Positions 1-13,775 of a DNA stretch of 64,000 nt are shown piece after piece. Position numbers and translations under genes: made by a program. Below the pieces are notes generated by a model that saw only the letters and a program-made list of their open reading frames with translations, searched no databases and was not told where the DNA came from. The DNA comes from Octopus vulgaris. Taxonomy: Eukaryota. Location of the stretch: contig OX597815.1 of NCBI GenBank assembly GCA_951406725.2, positions 99,758,001 through 99,822,000 on the forward strand. Direction: 5' to 3'. Position 1 is the stretch's first letter; every line of letters begins with the position of its first letter.

Positions 1-547
1 AAAAAAAAAGAACTGGCTATAATATCTCATGATTAATTCATTCAAAATTAATTCATAAAAACTAAATCAGAAACACAAAGCACGCTACAGATTAAACTTA
101 AACGTGTGTATATGTATATGAGATTATGTGTGGATGTGTGTATGTGTATGAGTGTGTGAGCCTCCTTTCCTTATTAAACAGAACTAATTTTTAAAAATGA
201 TCTCTCTAAGACACGAAACTTCTTCAACGATTTTTCAGGCAGAAAACTGTCATCACAATGAGCACTAAAAAGATTTCAGCATTTATAAACCAATTTTTCT
301 TTTTGTTTAGTTCAATTGAGTTTTGAATTCTTGTGATAATATCTTATACTGCTGGGCAGCCAGTGTCTCCAGCTATTTTCTTTAGGCTTTCCTTCATAGC
401 TTTCAGGAATTCGTGCATTTCACAAAACCATTCACAGATTTGCTCTTTTTATTTTGTTTTGTTATGCGTTTTAATACTATTGGAAACTTTTTAGTTACTC
501 TTTTTTCCTCCTTTTCGATTTCGGTACCCTGGTGACAAATAGAGAAG

Positions 548-571
548 TTGCTGTTGCTGCTACTGCTGCTG

Positions 572-624
<53 letters not shown>

Positions 625-640
625 GCTACTACTGCTGCTG

Positions 641-682
<42 letters not shown>

Positions 683-727
683 TTTGTTATTACTACTGCT
701 ACTATTGTGCATTGTTGTTGTTGTTGT
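548..727. repeat. Compound trinucleotide microsatellite (GCT/ACT)n followed by (GTT)n
   Basis: Directly visible; explains the poly-T/poly-L ORFs at 532-944. Confidence 0.95.
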
Positions 728-834
728 TATCATTATTAGCATTATTAATCTCTCAGTTGAAAAAACTATTATAAATGTATCTGAACCAAGAAATTGTACT
801 AAAGTCTTTGACCTTTCAAAGACATATACATACA

Positions 835-873
<39 letters not shown>

Positions 874-2051
874 CTCTCCACTCTGTCTCACTTTCCCCCT
901 TTCATTCAACGTTTGAATTTTTTCTCTATGATAATATGAATTGACTCACGATGGAACCCTCACAGGAACAGACGAAGGAAAAAAAATTAGAAGGAAAAAG
1001 AGGAATATCTCTACGTTGATAATCTATGTAAAGCGAAGTAAAAACAAATACTCGACCAGTAAGCAAATTACAAGAAGTAAGTAATGTTAAGAAGAAAAAA
1101 ATGTAAGTTATATATAAACGAAAAACAGAGAGTAAAATTAAATAGAAATTTCTATTTATTTCAAGCAGGCATTTCAGAAAGAATGTTATTAGATCTCACC
1201 CTAAGTCTTGTTTTTTTCTTCCCCTGTCTGAATCTCACAGTATACACACCTGAATACTGGTGTTCATGACAATTTTAGACTCCAAATTACGTTGCATTTT
1301 TCACCTCACCGTACGCGAACTGACTTTAACAAGATATCATCAAACTTTGGGCAAACTTCATTTCTTCTGCCGAAAACTTATATGTATTAGTAAATAGATT
1401 TATTAGCCAACAAGAGAATCTCTTCTTGCCGCTTCCACGTTATGCAGACTTTCTACAAGCTTTTGTAAAAATTTCAAAGTTGATTCCTTTGAACAGTATT
1501 CTTCATAGATAGTATCAGGCCATGGTGCATATTGATTGAATATTTCCTTTCATTCTGATCTTAAATGTAAAGAATTTAAGTCCTTCCTCAGAACAGGCTA
1601 TTTTTGCAATGATATTGTTTGTCTTCATCTTCCTGTATATAGTGTGTTGATAAGAAATAAAATTTTTGTTTTTCTTGTTTGGCCTAGTATTTATTTTTCA
1701 TAAGAAATTTTCAATCGCTGTCTCAAAGACACACCTTTAAATTTATTCATTTTTCTTCAAGACTGTAATTTGTATAATCTTCGTATATTTTTGTTCATAC
1801 TTCCTTAAGTTACAGTCAATATCTTTGAAATTATTATTCAATTTACATTTTATGATTCTGCAGAGCAGATTTTTCTTTTCTTTTTTTCTTTCCTTTTACG
1901 TTCAGTATCTGTCTAATTACTTATCTTAATATATTTGCATTACCGTGTGAACGGCATGTATTTCCAATAAATGATGGAAATTCTATAAGAACTAGCATTC
2001 AGTATCCAATGAGGTTTAAGACAAGAGTGTCTTGAATGTTTTTTATTGATA

Positions 2052-2270
2052 TTTTATTTCTTTATTGCCCACAGGGTGCTAAACATAGAGGGGACAAACA
2101 ACGACAGACAAGGGGATTAAGTCGATTTCATCGACCCCAGTGATTAACTGGCACTTATTTAATCGACTCCGAAAGCAAAGTCGACCTCGGTAGAATTTGA
2201 ACTCAGAACGTAACGGCAGACGAAATACCGCTAGGCATTTCGCCCGGCGTGCTAACATTTCTGCCAGTTC
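2052..2270 (-). mobile_element. tRNA-derived SINE, family B (GGCGAGCTGGCAGAA.. head), tail type A
   Basis: Reverse complement reads CTGGCAGAAATGTTAGCACGCCGGGCGAAATGC..GAGTTCAAATTC (B-box-like)..GAGGTCGACTTTGC; homologous to 22190-22416, 46427-46640, 51765-51922. Confidence 0.85.
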
Positions 2271-2959
2271 CGAAACTGAAAAAATTACTTTCAAACTTTG
2301 GTTATAGAATGTTCTTCAGCACATAATGACTTCCACGTTCATCCTTGTCGAATCAGGAATTATACGGACAGATATGATAGCTGCGTGTTGGTTAATTTTC
2401 TTTTTTATTATTCCTCTTACAGTTTTTGCAACATTTCGTCGTCGTCTGAAAATTGACAATTATAATAAGATCTCGAACAACATTGTACGATTTTCATTTT
2501 GAGGGGCAAAGAATAAAATTGATGTTATTTAGCCAATAAGTGGCTTACAGGTTTTCCACTTCAAACTCAACGTTATCAACCTCATTTTCGTCAATGTCAA
2601 CCTCAAATTCATCATCGCTAACCGAAATTTCGTATTCTTCTGTTTCGATTTTGTAGTCGTTTATCTCGATTTGGCTACCCTGAACATAAATGTCATTGCC
2701 GTAGAATGGAGTATTATTTTTATGAAAAGGAATTGATATCGATCATTACATGTCACAGAATTGTAAAATAATGCAAACGTTGAAAAATCACATTTTATGT
2801 TACCTAAATTCAGTACATTAGATATAAGCCTACATACTATACTATATATAGCACGACCAAGACAAAAATATATAACATCAGTTTAAACTCTCTTCACAAT
2901 TATCTTTGGTAATCAAATTCAGGCTAATGAGGAGAAACGTGTATACATACTTAAATATA

Positions 2960-3122
2960 GTCGTAGGAGTGGCTGTGTGGTAAGTAACTTGTTTACCAAC
3001 CACATAGTTCCGGGTTCAGTCCCACTGCGTGGCACCTTAGGCAAGTGTCTTCTATTATAGCCTCGGGCCAACCAAAACCTTGTGAGTGAATGTGGTAGAC
3101 GGAAAATGAAAGAAGCCCGTTA
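2960..3122 (+). mobile_element. tRNA-derived SINE family A, 5' half
   Basis: GGAGTGGCTGTGTGGTAAG (A-box-like)..GGTTCAGTCCCAC (B-box-like)..GGCAAGTGTCTT; near-identical to 3253-3415. Confidence 0.9.
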
Positions 3123-3136
3123 TATATATATGTATG

Positions 3137-3215
<79 letters not shown>

Positions 3216-3252
3216 GTATCTATGTATGTATGTATGTATGTATGTATGTATA

Positions 3253-3416
3253 GGCGCAGGAGTGGCTGTGTGGTAAGTAGCATCTTACCAACCACATGGT
3301 TCCGGGTTCAGTCCCACTGCGTGGCACCTTGGGCAAGTGTCTTCTACTATAGCCTCGGAACGACCAATGCCTTGTGAGTGGATTTGGTAGACAGAAACTG
3401 AAAGAAGCCTGTCGTA

Positions 3417-3459
<43 letters not shown>

Positions 3460-3680
3460 ATGTTTGTGTGTCTGTGTTTGTACTCTTAGCATTGCTTGAC
3501 AACCGATGCTGGTGTGTTTGCGTCCCCGTAACTTAGCGGTTCGGCAAAAGAGACCGATAGAATAAGTACTGGGCTTACAAAGAATAAGTCCCGGGGTCGA
3601 GTTGCTCGACTAAAGGCTGTGCTCCAGCATGGCCGCAGTCAAATGACTGAAACAAGTAAAGGAGTAAAAGAGTAAAAGAG
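3253..3680 (+). mobile_element. Full-length tRNA-derived SINE family A (octopus OR-like)
   Basis: tRNA-like head, internal (TA/TG)n, 3' body and tail GTGCTCCAGCATGGCCGCAGTCAAATGACTGAAACAAGTAAA; many copies in window. Confidence 0.92.
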
Positions 3681-3682
3681 TA

Positions 3683-3895
3683 TGTGTGTATATGTTTGTG
3701 TGTCGACGTTTGTTCCCCCAACATCGCTTGACAACCGATGCTGGTGTGTTTATCCCCGTAACCTAGCGGTTCGGCAAAAGAGACCGATAGAATAAGTACT
3801 AGGCTTACAAAGAATAAGTTCTGGGGTCGATTTGCTCGACTAAGGGCGGTGCGACAGCATGGTCACAGTCACATGACTGAAACAAGTAAAAAATT
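3683..3895 (+). mobile_element. Second copy of SINE family A 3' half, in tandem
   Basis: Repeats 3455-3665 directly downstream. Confidence 0.88.
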
Positions 3896-5550
3896 AAAAA
3901 AAAACGATATGCATTAATCAATATCGGGCTAATTTTGATTGACGGAGATGTTTGGGATAGAATTTTTTAGCAATATGTTAAGAGAGTTAAGAAATAGGGA
4001 TAATGAATAAAAACTTAAATTACAATTATTTATTTTTGTCTTTGCTATGTTGTATAGGAATAGGGTGTATGTAATTTTACATCGAATATACTAAGTATAT
4101 GTATATTTACAGTAATGTGAGGTGCGACAATTATTACAGTAGAACATTTCTAATCCTTTACAAAACTTTTAATGTTTACATACCATTACAAATTTGTGAC
4201 AAGTAATCATTGGTGTTAATATTTGTTAATAAAAATAATTCGCTTCATTCTTCAGAGACTGCATTTAAGTTAACGATAATAAGATCAAAATAAATGACAA
4301 CGTAATCGAGATTAAATATAATGAAATTGAGGCTGATGAGGACAAATTTGAGGAGTGGACCCGATAAGTTTTGGTGAGATACGTCCCAGTTATTCACATA
4401 TCATGTAGCTGATGGAGGGACCATTAGTTGCTTTTTAAGGCACCAGATTAATATATAAAAACAAATTGAATATAAAGAATATACGGCTGTCATGTATGAC
4501 AACTCAACGATATGGTGATACTGTTGGTTCTTATACTAACGTTGATGATGACACTGATGATGATGATGATGATGATATCATTGTTGATCGTATGAACGAA
4601 ATTGTGGATAATGAAAAGTACTCCTTACAATCCAGTTCAACAATCCAGTTCAATCCAGTTCAAACGCTAAGTTGGTGGGTAGGAACAGTTCTTCTTATAC
4701 GTAGGACAACAATAACGAACCATTTACTTGTCTAGGCTTGGGAAGGTCGGTATAAGTATAAAAATATTCATAACATATTCTAACTACTATGTCTGTTTGC
4801 AGACATCACCATATATATGTGTATGGTTGAATATTTGTGCATGGATCAATTTTATTTCCATGCATATGTGTTTATATGCATATATGTATGTATACATGTA
4901 TGCATGTCGCGTTGTTTGTGCGCACAAGACTTAAAAGCCGCCTGGTATGATAGTGTTGAAAGTGATCAGCTAAAACTACATAGACACTTGCTCTGCATTT
5001 TTTACTATCTCAAAAGGCACATTTGTTTTTCCTCCAGTAAGAGACAGACCTGGTTTCAATTTAGAGTGTAGAGATCTGCAAGGCATTCTACCTGACGTTC
5101 TAGAAATTCTGTCAATCATTATAGACATCTGTATGTGTATATATATGCATCCATTATATACATCTGTATACGTATATATGCGCATCTAAATATACGAGTA
5201 TGCATTAGATTGGAGTGAGTGAAAGAAATTTGCTACAATTGAAATACATATTTTTGTATTTATTTGCTCCATTCAGGCTTAAGCCCCACTACAAACACTA
5301 AAAATGTTCCAACGGAAGACTAATAACATACTGTCGACGTAAGATTTCGGCTGTTCTACCCGTCAGCTTTCTTTAATTAGAGTTTGAAAGCCGGATGATA
5401 AAGACATAATTTTTGTGTCTCGTGAAATCCAGTGTGTAGGTTAGCGCAGATTCCGGGTGACTCAATCAAACAATACACTCTGTTTTCGACACTGGGTAGT
5501 TATTCTTTCTCTAGCATCCAGTATCACATGGACAGATCTTTACATACATA

Positions 5551-5587
<37 letters not shown>

Positions 5588-5601
5588 GTGTATGTATGTA
5601 C

Positions 5602-5686
<85 letters not shown>

Positions 5687-7925
5687 TATATATATATATG
5701 CAAACCGTATTATAATTTACTACCTACCTCAATATATACTGCACATATGCATATATGTATCTATGTATGTATGTAAATATGTATAATGGATGCATGAATG
5801 TATTTGAGAGTTTAAAAGATATAGAGTTTGTATGAGTTTGAAAACTGTGTCTCTGTATGTCTTTTTTAATGATTTATTACGAGATGAGTGTATCTCAATA
5901 GAAATAGTTTATTTTCTCTTTTCTTATTTGATTTGTTTTGTTAATAATCTAGAGTTTAAATAGTTTTATCGATTGACTATCACAATTTTTTTCAGTAATA
6001 TATTGCAAAATAATATTTTAAAAGTCAGAAAATAAATATAAAATTTATAAAAATGCATCAAAATTCAATCGAAAACCTCTTTAATTTTTAAGCAATATTT
6101 TCTTGGTTGGCAAAATGTTATAAAGAATAAAGAATAAAGAATACGTCGACAATTTGTTTAAGTTAGATTTCGGGAAAAGAACATGGCTTCTTTTGGATAA
6201 ATATATCATAATTCACACATTGGCGCACAGAAACAGACCTTCGCATGTATACACTACTCACACAAATGTTCGTATAGATCCTTGTCTAGTATAAACATGT
6301 GCACAAAGGTAGACACTTAAAACTTCTACCCGCTCGTCTGTTTAAATCAATACTTGCGCCACAAACGTATATTGAAATAACTGATCAATTCTTAGCTGCT
6401 GCGTCAACTGACGGGACGCTTAATGTTTTCTCTCCTATATAGCTTCATTTTTATGTTTGGTCCTTGAAACATCTTCTGTACATTCAGCTTTCAATGCCAC
6501 TTCTATTTGTCATTCGACTTCAGATTTGGTTTGCTTTGAATTATTGATGAAAAATATAGATATTTACTTTTCAACAAAATATCCGACACAAAATTTATCT
6601 GTCATATTATTTGATAAATGTTTGTATTTATTTTGAAAGATGTTATCTTTTTTTTTAAATATTTTAGTTGTTAGTTATTTATTATATATTTGTATTATGT
6701 ATATATTTATTTAATTATTTAATTCATTTTGTTTATACAAATTTTTGTCACAGGAAAGATGTATTATAGGTTTCATCAGTACTTGATGAAAAACTTCTCA
6801 CAAGTGGTTTGTTCTGAAGGGCGTTTACATGACATAATCATCATGACAAGCCTCACTTGAATTTAAAATGATCCGGCTGAGTGGGACCAAAGATTATTGT
6901 CAAACGACGACAAATCCAAAAGTCTGCTTTAAAGAAATCTCTGCCAGTCAGATTAAAATGAAAAGCAATTTTATGTATTAAATTTGTATTTCTTTATAGA
7001 ATATATTTATTGTTAATATTTATAGAATCTGCCAAGTTCTGTTATTGTTGTTTAGTTGTTGCTATGTTTCCGTTTATATTTTCTCCAGTTAATACGAATG
7101 GATTTGTGAAAAGTACATGATCCGAGAATGAAAATGTTTTATTTAGTCATTCTCTTTAGAAATATTATATAAATCGTCATCAGCAACGACAACAATTATA
7201 AAAGCAAAAAAATATATGTGGAGAAAAAATAGAGAGAGAGAAGCATACATGCATGCAGACGTACAGAGGTGAAAAAGAAGGAACATAGAGAGGGAGGTTT
7301 AACGCATAAAGTAGGAAGACAGACACTTGTCGTAAATCAAACGAACAACTAAAACAACAAGTTGTCAACAGAGAAATGAAAGTAAGTAAAGAAAAATAAA
7401 CATGTATAATCCATACAAAGCAGACACTGTATTGAGGAGTAGGATAAAGAAGATAACAGAAACAGCAAATGAGAAAAAAATGAGAAAATTCTTTGGAAGA
7501 CAAACAGATTTACAACAAAATGTGTTTGCCACAACGGCAAAAAGTTGTTAAAAAAACATACCATGTGAAGATGGTGACAAAAACATCAAAAATATTGAGA
7601 GTTAACTTGACACATTCAAAAATTACTTTTGTTATATAGAGTATATTTCTAATGCTGAAAAGAGCAACTAAACAAATAGATTTAGAATTATAATGCTGAA
7701 TATATCTGCTCACAGAAATCTGTATTAAAAACAAATAAATGAAGGAGGAAACAGAGTGGGCGAGAGAAGCAGATTAGGAGGACGAAAGTGAAAGATAATG
7801 GAAAATATTGTTAGATTGACAGCCACAACCAGATGTGTGTTGAAAGTGTGCACATATACATACATATATATATATATATATATATGTCTATATAATGTTT
7901 GTGTATATATATATGCACATATGTG

Positions 7926-7956
<31 letters not shown>

Positions 7957-7991
7957 CATATAGTAAATATATACTTATGTGTGTATGTATG

Positions 7992-8110
<119 letters not shown>

Positions 8111-8339
8111 TATGATAGTGCGTAAGTATGTATATATGAATGTAGACATGTCTGCTTCGTAATCATGAGGTTCCAGATTCAATTCCAACTCCTTGACATA
8201 ATTGGTAATTATAATTATAATTGCATCGGATCAACTTAAAAATTTAAGTGGAATTGTGTTGATCGAAACTCTATGAACACAGACTTAATGGACTTATATA
8301 TATATGTATGTATGTATGTATGTATATATATATATGTGT

Positions 8340-8750
8340 CATTTATCTTTTACTGGTTTCAGCCCAGCGGTGAGGTCATGCTGGTGCACCACTTGTAGTT
8401 ACTCAGTGTTGCTTGCAGTATGGTTTTTGAAGTAGCGAGGTGGACGGAGCTACTCTTCTTTGTGTCTCCTGTCGCGATGTGGGTTCATCTGGTATCTCAA
8501 ATAGAAACCTGTCCAGACATTCCTTGAAAACCTCCTCATCAACACCATGTAGATGTTTAAGGTTGCCTGGCAGGATGTTGAATAATTGCGGGCCCTTGAA
8601 ACTCAGGCCTTATTTTAGATGGGGAAGTTGGTATATTTGGTATGATGCAGTGTTCGAGGATTGGTATAGGTATCAATTCCAAAATTAGGAGCTAAATCCT
8701 CCAAAATCTTCAAAATATATATCACCGCATATATCTCTTGTCTTCTCTCC
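8340..8750 (-). mobile_element. 3' end fragment of a CR1-group LINE (ORF2 C-terminus plus 3' tail)
   Basis: Minus-strand translation ERRQEIYAVIYILKILEDLAPNFG...GLSFKGPQLFNILPGNLKHLHGVDEEVFKECLDRFLFEIPDEP, typical of the CR1/L2-group ORF2 end; frameshifted. Confidence 0.8.
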
Positions 8751-8957
8751 GGGAAATATCTCCTCACCACTATCCACACTGCCCTTGCCAGGGCAAGATC
8801 TGTGGACCGTGCCTCTGCTCTTTCTCCTCGTACCCGCCCCACCAGTGCTCGTCTCCCATTTCCCCTCACCTATCATCCTCCACCCTGCTCCTCCGAGCCA
8901 TCTAGTGACTCCAGTCCAACCCTTCCACTTCACACATCGATCCCAACCTACCCCTAT
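8751..8957 (+). mobile_element. Penelope-like element fragment (region C-terminal to RT)
   Basis: Translation GKYLLTTIHTALARARSVDRASALSPRTRPTSARLPFPLTYHP resembles the PLE RGYP..I..AL.RA...R..AL....RIP..LTYHP motif. Confidence 0.65.
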
Positions 8958-9618
8958 ACGCATTGTAACTTGCGATGAAAAGCGGATTTTGTCCAATGAT
9001 AAAAAACGTTCTTCGCCGTAGTTGGACCAAAATGAAGCAGAGAGAACCTTCCCTAAACTCGAGCTCTTCAAAAAGAAGGTTATGATGACTGTTTGGTGGT
9101 GTACTACTGGACTCATCAACTATAACTTCTTAAAACCCGGCAAAATCATTACTGCAGAAACATATTGCCATGAAACTGGCAAAATGAACAAAAAACTGCC
9201 ACTCGTCTGTCCTAGATTGGTCAACAGAAGAGAGCCAATCATTCTTCATGACAACGCTCGACCACACGTTTCACTAATGACGCTCCAGAAGTTGAGGGAA
9301 CTTGGCTACGAAGCTCTTCCCCATCCAACTTATTCCCCCAGATCTTTCTCCTACTGACTGCCACTTTTTCAAGCACCTTGATGGTTTTCTGCGAGAGGAG
9401 TTCAAAAATCAAACCGATGCTGAAAGTGCGTTCAAAGAGCTCATCAGATCCAGAACTCCAGATTTTTATGTTTCCGGAAAAAACAAACCTGTAACTCGTT
9501 GGCAAACATGTTTTAATTGAAATGGTACTTACTTTGATAAATAAAATTTCCGCATTTTTGAAATATATTGTGATAAATTTAATGTTTCAAAACGTTGCTT
9601 ACTACTTATTCAGCCTGA
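8958..9618 (+). mobile_element. Mariner transposon, 3' half (DD34D transposase pseudogene)
   Basis: RIVTCDEK, KKVMMTVWW, ILHDNARPH, HPTYSP/PDLSPTD motifs with a stop and a frameshift; TIR-like end CAGCCTGA followed by TA. Confidence 0.92.
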
Positions 9619-9649
9619 TATATCTATATAGATATATATATATAATATG

Positions 9650-10093
<444 letters not shown>

Positions 10094-11838
10094 TTGGCAC
10101 TGTCACCTCTATCTGATATGCTAAATAGAACTGGATGCGGATATAAATGTTACGGCAAAACGATCAGCCACCTTTTATATATGGATGACCTAAAACTATA
10201 GGCTGCAAATGACAAACAGCTGGAAACACTATTAAAGACAGTTCATGGATTTACCAAAGAAATAGATATGAAATTTGGATTAGAAAAATGCGCCAAAGTA
10301 ACCATGAAAAGAGGAAAACTAGTTAAGAGTAACAACATCACACTAGATAAAACCAATGAAATAAAAGAATTAGACCAAAGCCAAACTTACAAATACTTAG
10401 GAATCCATGAACTAGATAAGACACAACACACACAAATGAAAGAGAAAATTAAAAAAAAGAATATTATAGACGAGTTAGATCAATACTAAAAACAGAGCTC
10501 AATGCTAAAAACAAGATAATAGGTATCAACACTTTAGCTGTCCCAGTTATAAGTTACAGCTACAATATCCTTAACTGGACACGAAATGAACTGTCCAAAA
10601 TAGATAGGAAAACAAGAAAAATACTGACAGGATCTAGGATGCATCACCCAAAATCTGACATAGAAAGACTATATATACAACGTATAGAAGGTGGTAGAGG
10701 CCTTATACAGCTGGAAAACTACTATAAAATAACTACCATAGGACTGCAAAAATACCTACTTCAGAAGGAAGGAAAACTGATCCAGATAGCAGCAAAACAC
10801 GAGCAAAACAAAAAACTGTTCTCAGTATTTAAGGAAGCTGACAAATACAAACAAAAAATCATACCACCTAATAAACACAAAGAAGAAGAAGAAGATGATG
10901 AAGAAACAACAAAAGCTATAAAACAAATGAAATCCAAACTAAAAATAGAACAGCAACGAGCCATGATAAAACGATGGCAAGAAAAGCCCCTTCATGGTAA
11001 ATACTGCACTAAACTAAACGCAAAAGAAATAGACAAAGAAAAATCCCAGCAATGGTTGAGAAGCTCAGGACTCAAAGCAGAAACAGAGGGATTTTTAATT
11101 GCAGCACAAGACCAAAGCCTCCCCACCAGAAATTACCAAAAACATGTAATGAAAAGAAATATTACAAGTAACTGCAGAATATGTGGAGATGGACAAGAAA
11201 CAATAAATCATATTATCTCTAGCTGCCCAGTCCTGGCTAAGAAGGAATATATTCACAGACATGACAGAGTTGGAACCTACATACATTGGAAGCTATGCCA
11301 ACATTATGGAATAACAACAGAAAAAAGATGGTATAGGCACACACCAGAAAAGGTCACAGAAAACGAGAAAGCAACCATACTCTGGGATATGCCGATACAC
11401 ACAGATAGAGAAATTAAGGCCAACAGACCAGATATAGTTGTCAGAGATCATGAAGAAAAAAATGCTTTCTAATTGATGTATCAATACCGGCAGATGACAA
11501 CGTGTCTCTAAAAGAAATGGAGAAACTCTCAAAATACAAAGACCTGGAAATAGAGATAACTAGAATGTGGAACCTGAAAACAGAAACAATTCCTATCATA
11601 GTAGGTGCATTAGGCATGATAAAAAAATATTCAGACAAATACATAACAAAAACACCAGGACTTACAAACACATATAACATACAGAAAATTGCACTACTAG
11701 GCACTGCACACATCCTACGCAGAACACTTTCCATACAATAACCATCAGAGCATCACAACAAATCACAGCACATACCCAAGGCACACAGAGCTGCGCTCGA
11801 TAGTGAAGTGAAACCACGCTATAAAAATAAAACTACTG
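10094..11838 (+). mobile_element. 5'-truncated Dong/R4-clade non-LTR retrotransposon (RT C-terminus, CCHC knuckle, REL endonuclease, 3' UTR)
   Basis: HLLYMDDLKL (RT), MKFGLEKCA, YKYLGI, RLYIQRIEGGRGL, CRICGDGQETINHIISSC, RHD, RPDIVV, K..KY; inserted in (TAA)n as known for Dong; one stop and two poly-A frameshifts. Confidence 0.93.
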
Positions 11839-11973
11839 AATAATAATAATAATATTGTTATATTTCGGAATGGTCATATTGCCAGTTTAGCTAATAAAAA
11901 CACACGCACTATATATTTGGTGTTATTTTGCTTCAGTGATATTTATTTTTTACATTAATCTTAATCTTATTTC

Positions 11974-12017
11974 GACCAGAGTTCTTTCGTCGCACTCCTG
12001 TGACCGCATCAGTGGTC
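11974..12017 (-). ncRNA. Minimal type-I hammerhead ribozyme-like motif (left arm)
   Basis: GACCA-CTGATGCG-GTCAC aggagt GCGAC-GAAA-GAAC-TC-TGGTC: stem I perfect, core CUGAUG(C), GAAA, CUC site. Confidence 0.7.
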
Positions 12018-12450
12018 CTTTGTTTTCTTCTCACTTATTTGTGTCTCTCCTTACTAACCGTCAGCCATTTTGTATTTCTATTGTATGTCTTCATTTGCGC
12101 ATGCTTATATCTCTATGTGCGTCTATGTTTATTTAGTGTGTGTGTGTGGGGATGCCTGTAATATTTGTATCTTCTGTTAATATACATTCATATAATTTGT
12201 ATTTTGTTTTTGTTGTTGTTGCTTTTGTTCTAATTTTGTTCATGTGTTTACATCCACCCATTATTATCATTACATATGCTTATATAATAGAAAATAAACC
12301 TAGCCTGAATAGAAAACTAGAATGGAGCAATAGCACACACCACAACATATGACGATAGAGGATCCCGAAAACATAATAAATACACAGATAAATAAACAAA
12401 TATAAATGAATAACTATATATATGTATATATATCTATTTATTTATATGTT

Positions 12451-12489
<39 letters not shown>

Positions 12490-12853
12490 GTGTATATATG
12501 TGTGTATATGTATATATATTTTTTTTTTCGATTTTTTTCGATTAGATTTATTATTATTATTACAAATATTGTTGTTATACATACATACAAGCATATGTAA
12601 TGATAATAATGGGTGGATGTAAACACATGAACAAAATTAGAACAAAAGCAACAACAACAAAAACAAAATACAAATTACATGAATGTATATAAACAGAAGA
12701 TACAAATATTACAGGCATCCCCCCCACACACACACTAAATAAACATAGACGCACATAGAGATATAAGCATGCGCAAATGAAGACATACAATAGAAATACA
12801 AAATGGCTGACGGTTAGTAAGGAGAGACACAAATAAGTGAGAAGAAAACAAAG

Positions 12854-12897
12854 GACCACTGATGCGGTCACAGGAGTGTGACGAAAGAACTCTGGCC
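12854..12897 (+). ncRNA. Minimal type-I hammerhead ribozyme-like motif (right arm)
   Basis: GACCA-CTGATGCG-GTCAC aggagt GTGAC-GAAA-GAAC-TC-TGGCC: stem II perfect 5 bp. Confidence 0.7.
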
Positions 12898-13271
12898 GAA
12901 ATAAGATTAAGATTAATGTAAAAAATAAATATCACTGAAGCAAAATGACACCAAATATATAGTGCGTGTGTTTTTATTAGCTAAACTGGCAATATGACCA
13001 TTCCGAAATATAACAATACCTGTTTCAACACACGACTTCACATAAAAAATCTTGCACAACAAATATTTAAACGTAATAATAATATTAATAATAATATATA
13101 AATATATGCATATATACATACATATATGTACAGACCTACATATATGTATATATATATATATATATATATGCATATATGGGTACAGGACATCAAAATAACG
13201 TTGAACATAATGAGAAACGAAAACAAAAACAAAAACATAGAAATTAACTTTTTTCAAACAACGAAATAAAC

Positions 13272-13375
13272 AGAGAGGAGAGGCCGGTATTTATGGGCGA
13301 CTGCTGGACTTGTGCCTGAGAGGATAACTTTCTAGGTGCAATCCCATGGTCAGTCATGACCGAAGGGAGTCTCAG
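13272..13375 (+). mobile_element. 3' tail fragment of SINE family C
   Basis: Reverse complement of 9650-9752, ending in (CA)n. Confidence 0.8.
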
Positions 13376-13437
13376 CACACACACATATATATATATATAT
13401 ATACACATATATATTATATGCATATACATACAAGAGC

Positions 13438-13535
13438 TACAGAAAGTTGTCTTTTTATACTCCCCGATCCTGGATCTTACAATTATATAATTGTAAGATC
13501 CAGGGATCGAGGAGAATAAAAAAACAATTTTTGTA
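13438..13535. repeat. Loop-less palindrome (~49-bp arms) centred at 13486/13487
   Basis: GATCCTGGATCTTACAATTAT|ATAATTGTAAGATCCAGGGATC with extended imperfect arms. Confidence 0.9.
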
Positions 13536-13727
13536 TGTATATACATATAAAATTTTAAATAGGTGTAAAGAAATGAACTTAGAAGTGGGTTTCATATTAA
13601 CCTAACTTATCAACTTTAATTCAAATGGTTTTGCAATTTCGTGACGTTGAAGATTAGAGTGAAATAGAGTGAGATCCAAGATTCTACGCTGCAAGTATTA
13701 CACTTCTGACCATTGTTTGAAAATGCG

Positions 13728-13775
<48 letters not shown>

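Larger units (their letters stand above)
11853..13018. repeat. Long inverted repeat: arms 11853-12281 and 12589-13018 (~430 bp, very high identity), ~300-bp spacer
   Basis: Mirror ORFs 11936-12136(+) and 12735-12935(-) are nearly identical; arms readable by eye. Confidence 0.95.

Noticed and set aside
3253-3330. tRNA-like A/B boxes
   Set aside because: These are SINE heads, not tRNA genes (no full cloverleaf; followed by SINE body)
2883-3990. Possible piggyBac-like ends (TTAAACTCTCTT ... AAGAGAGTTAA)
   Set aside because: The match is only ~11 bp and imperfect; insufficient support
4629-4663. Short tandem AATCCAGTTC repeats (CRISPR-like spacing considered)
   Set aside because: Eukaryotic context with no unique spacers; simple slippage duplication
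6754-6975. Acceptor-like TTTTTGTCACAG followed by unique sequence
   Set aside because: Stops in all frames and no good donor
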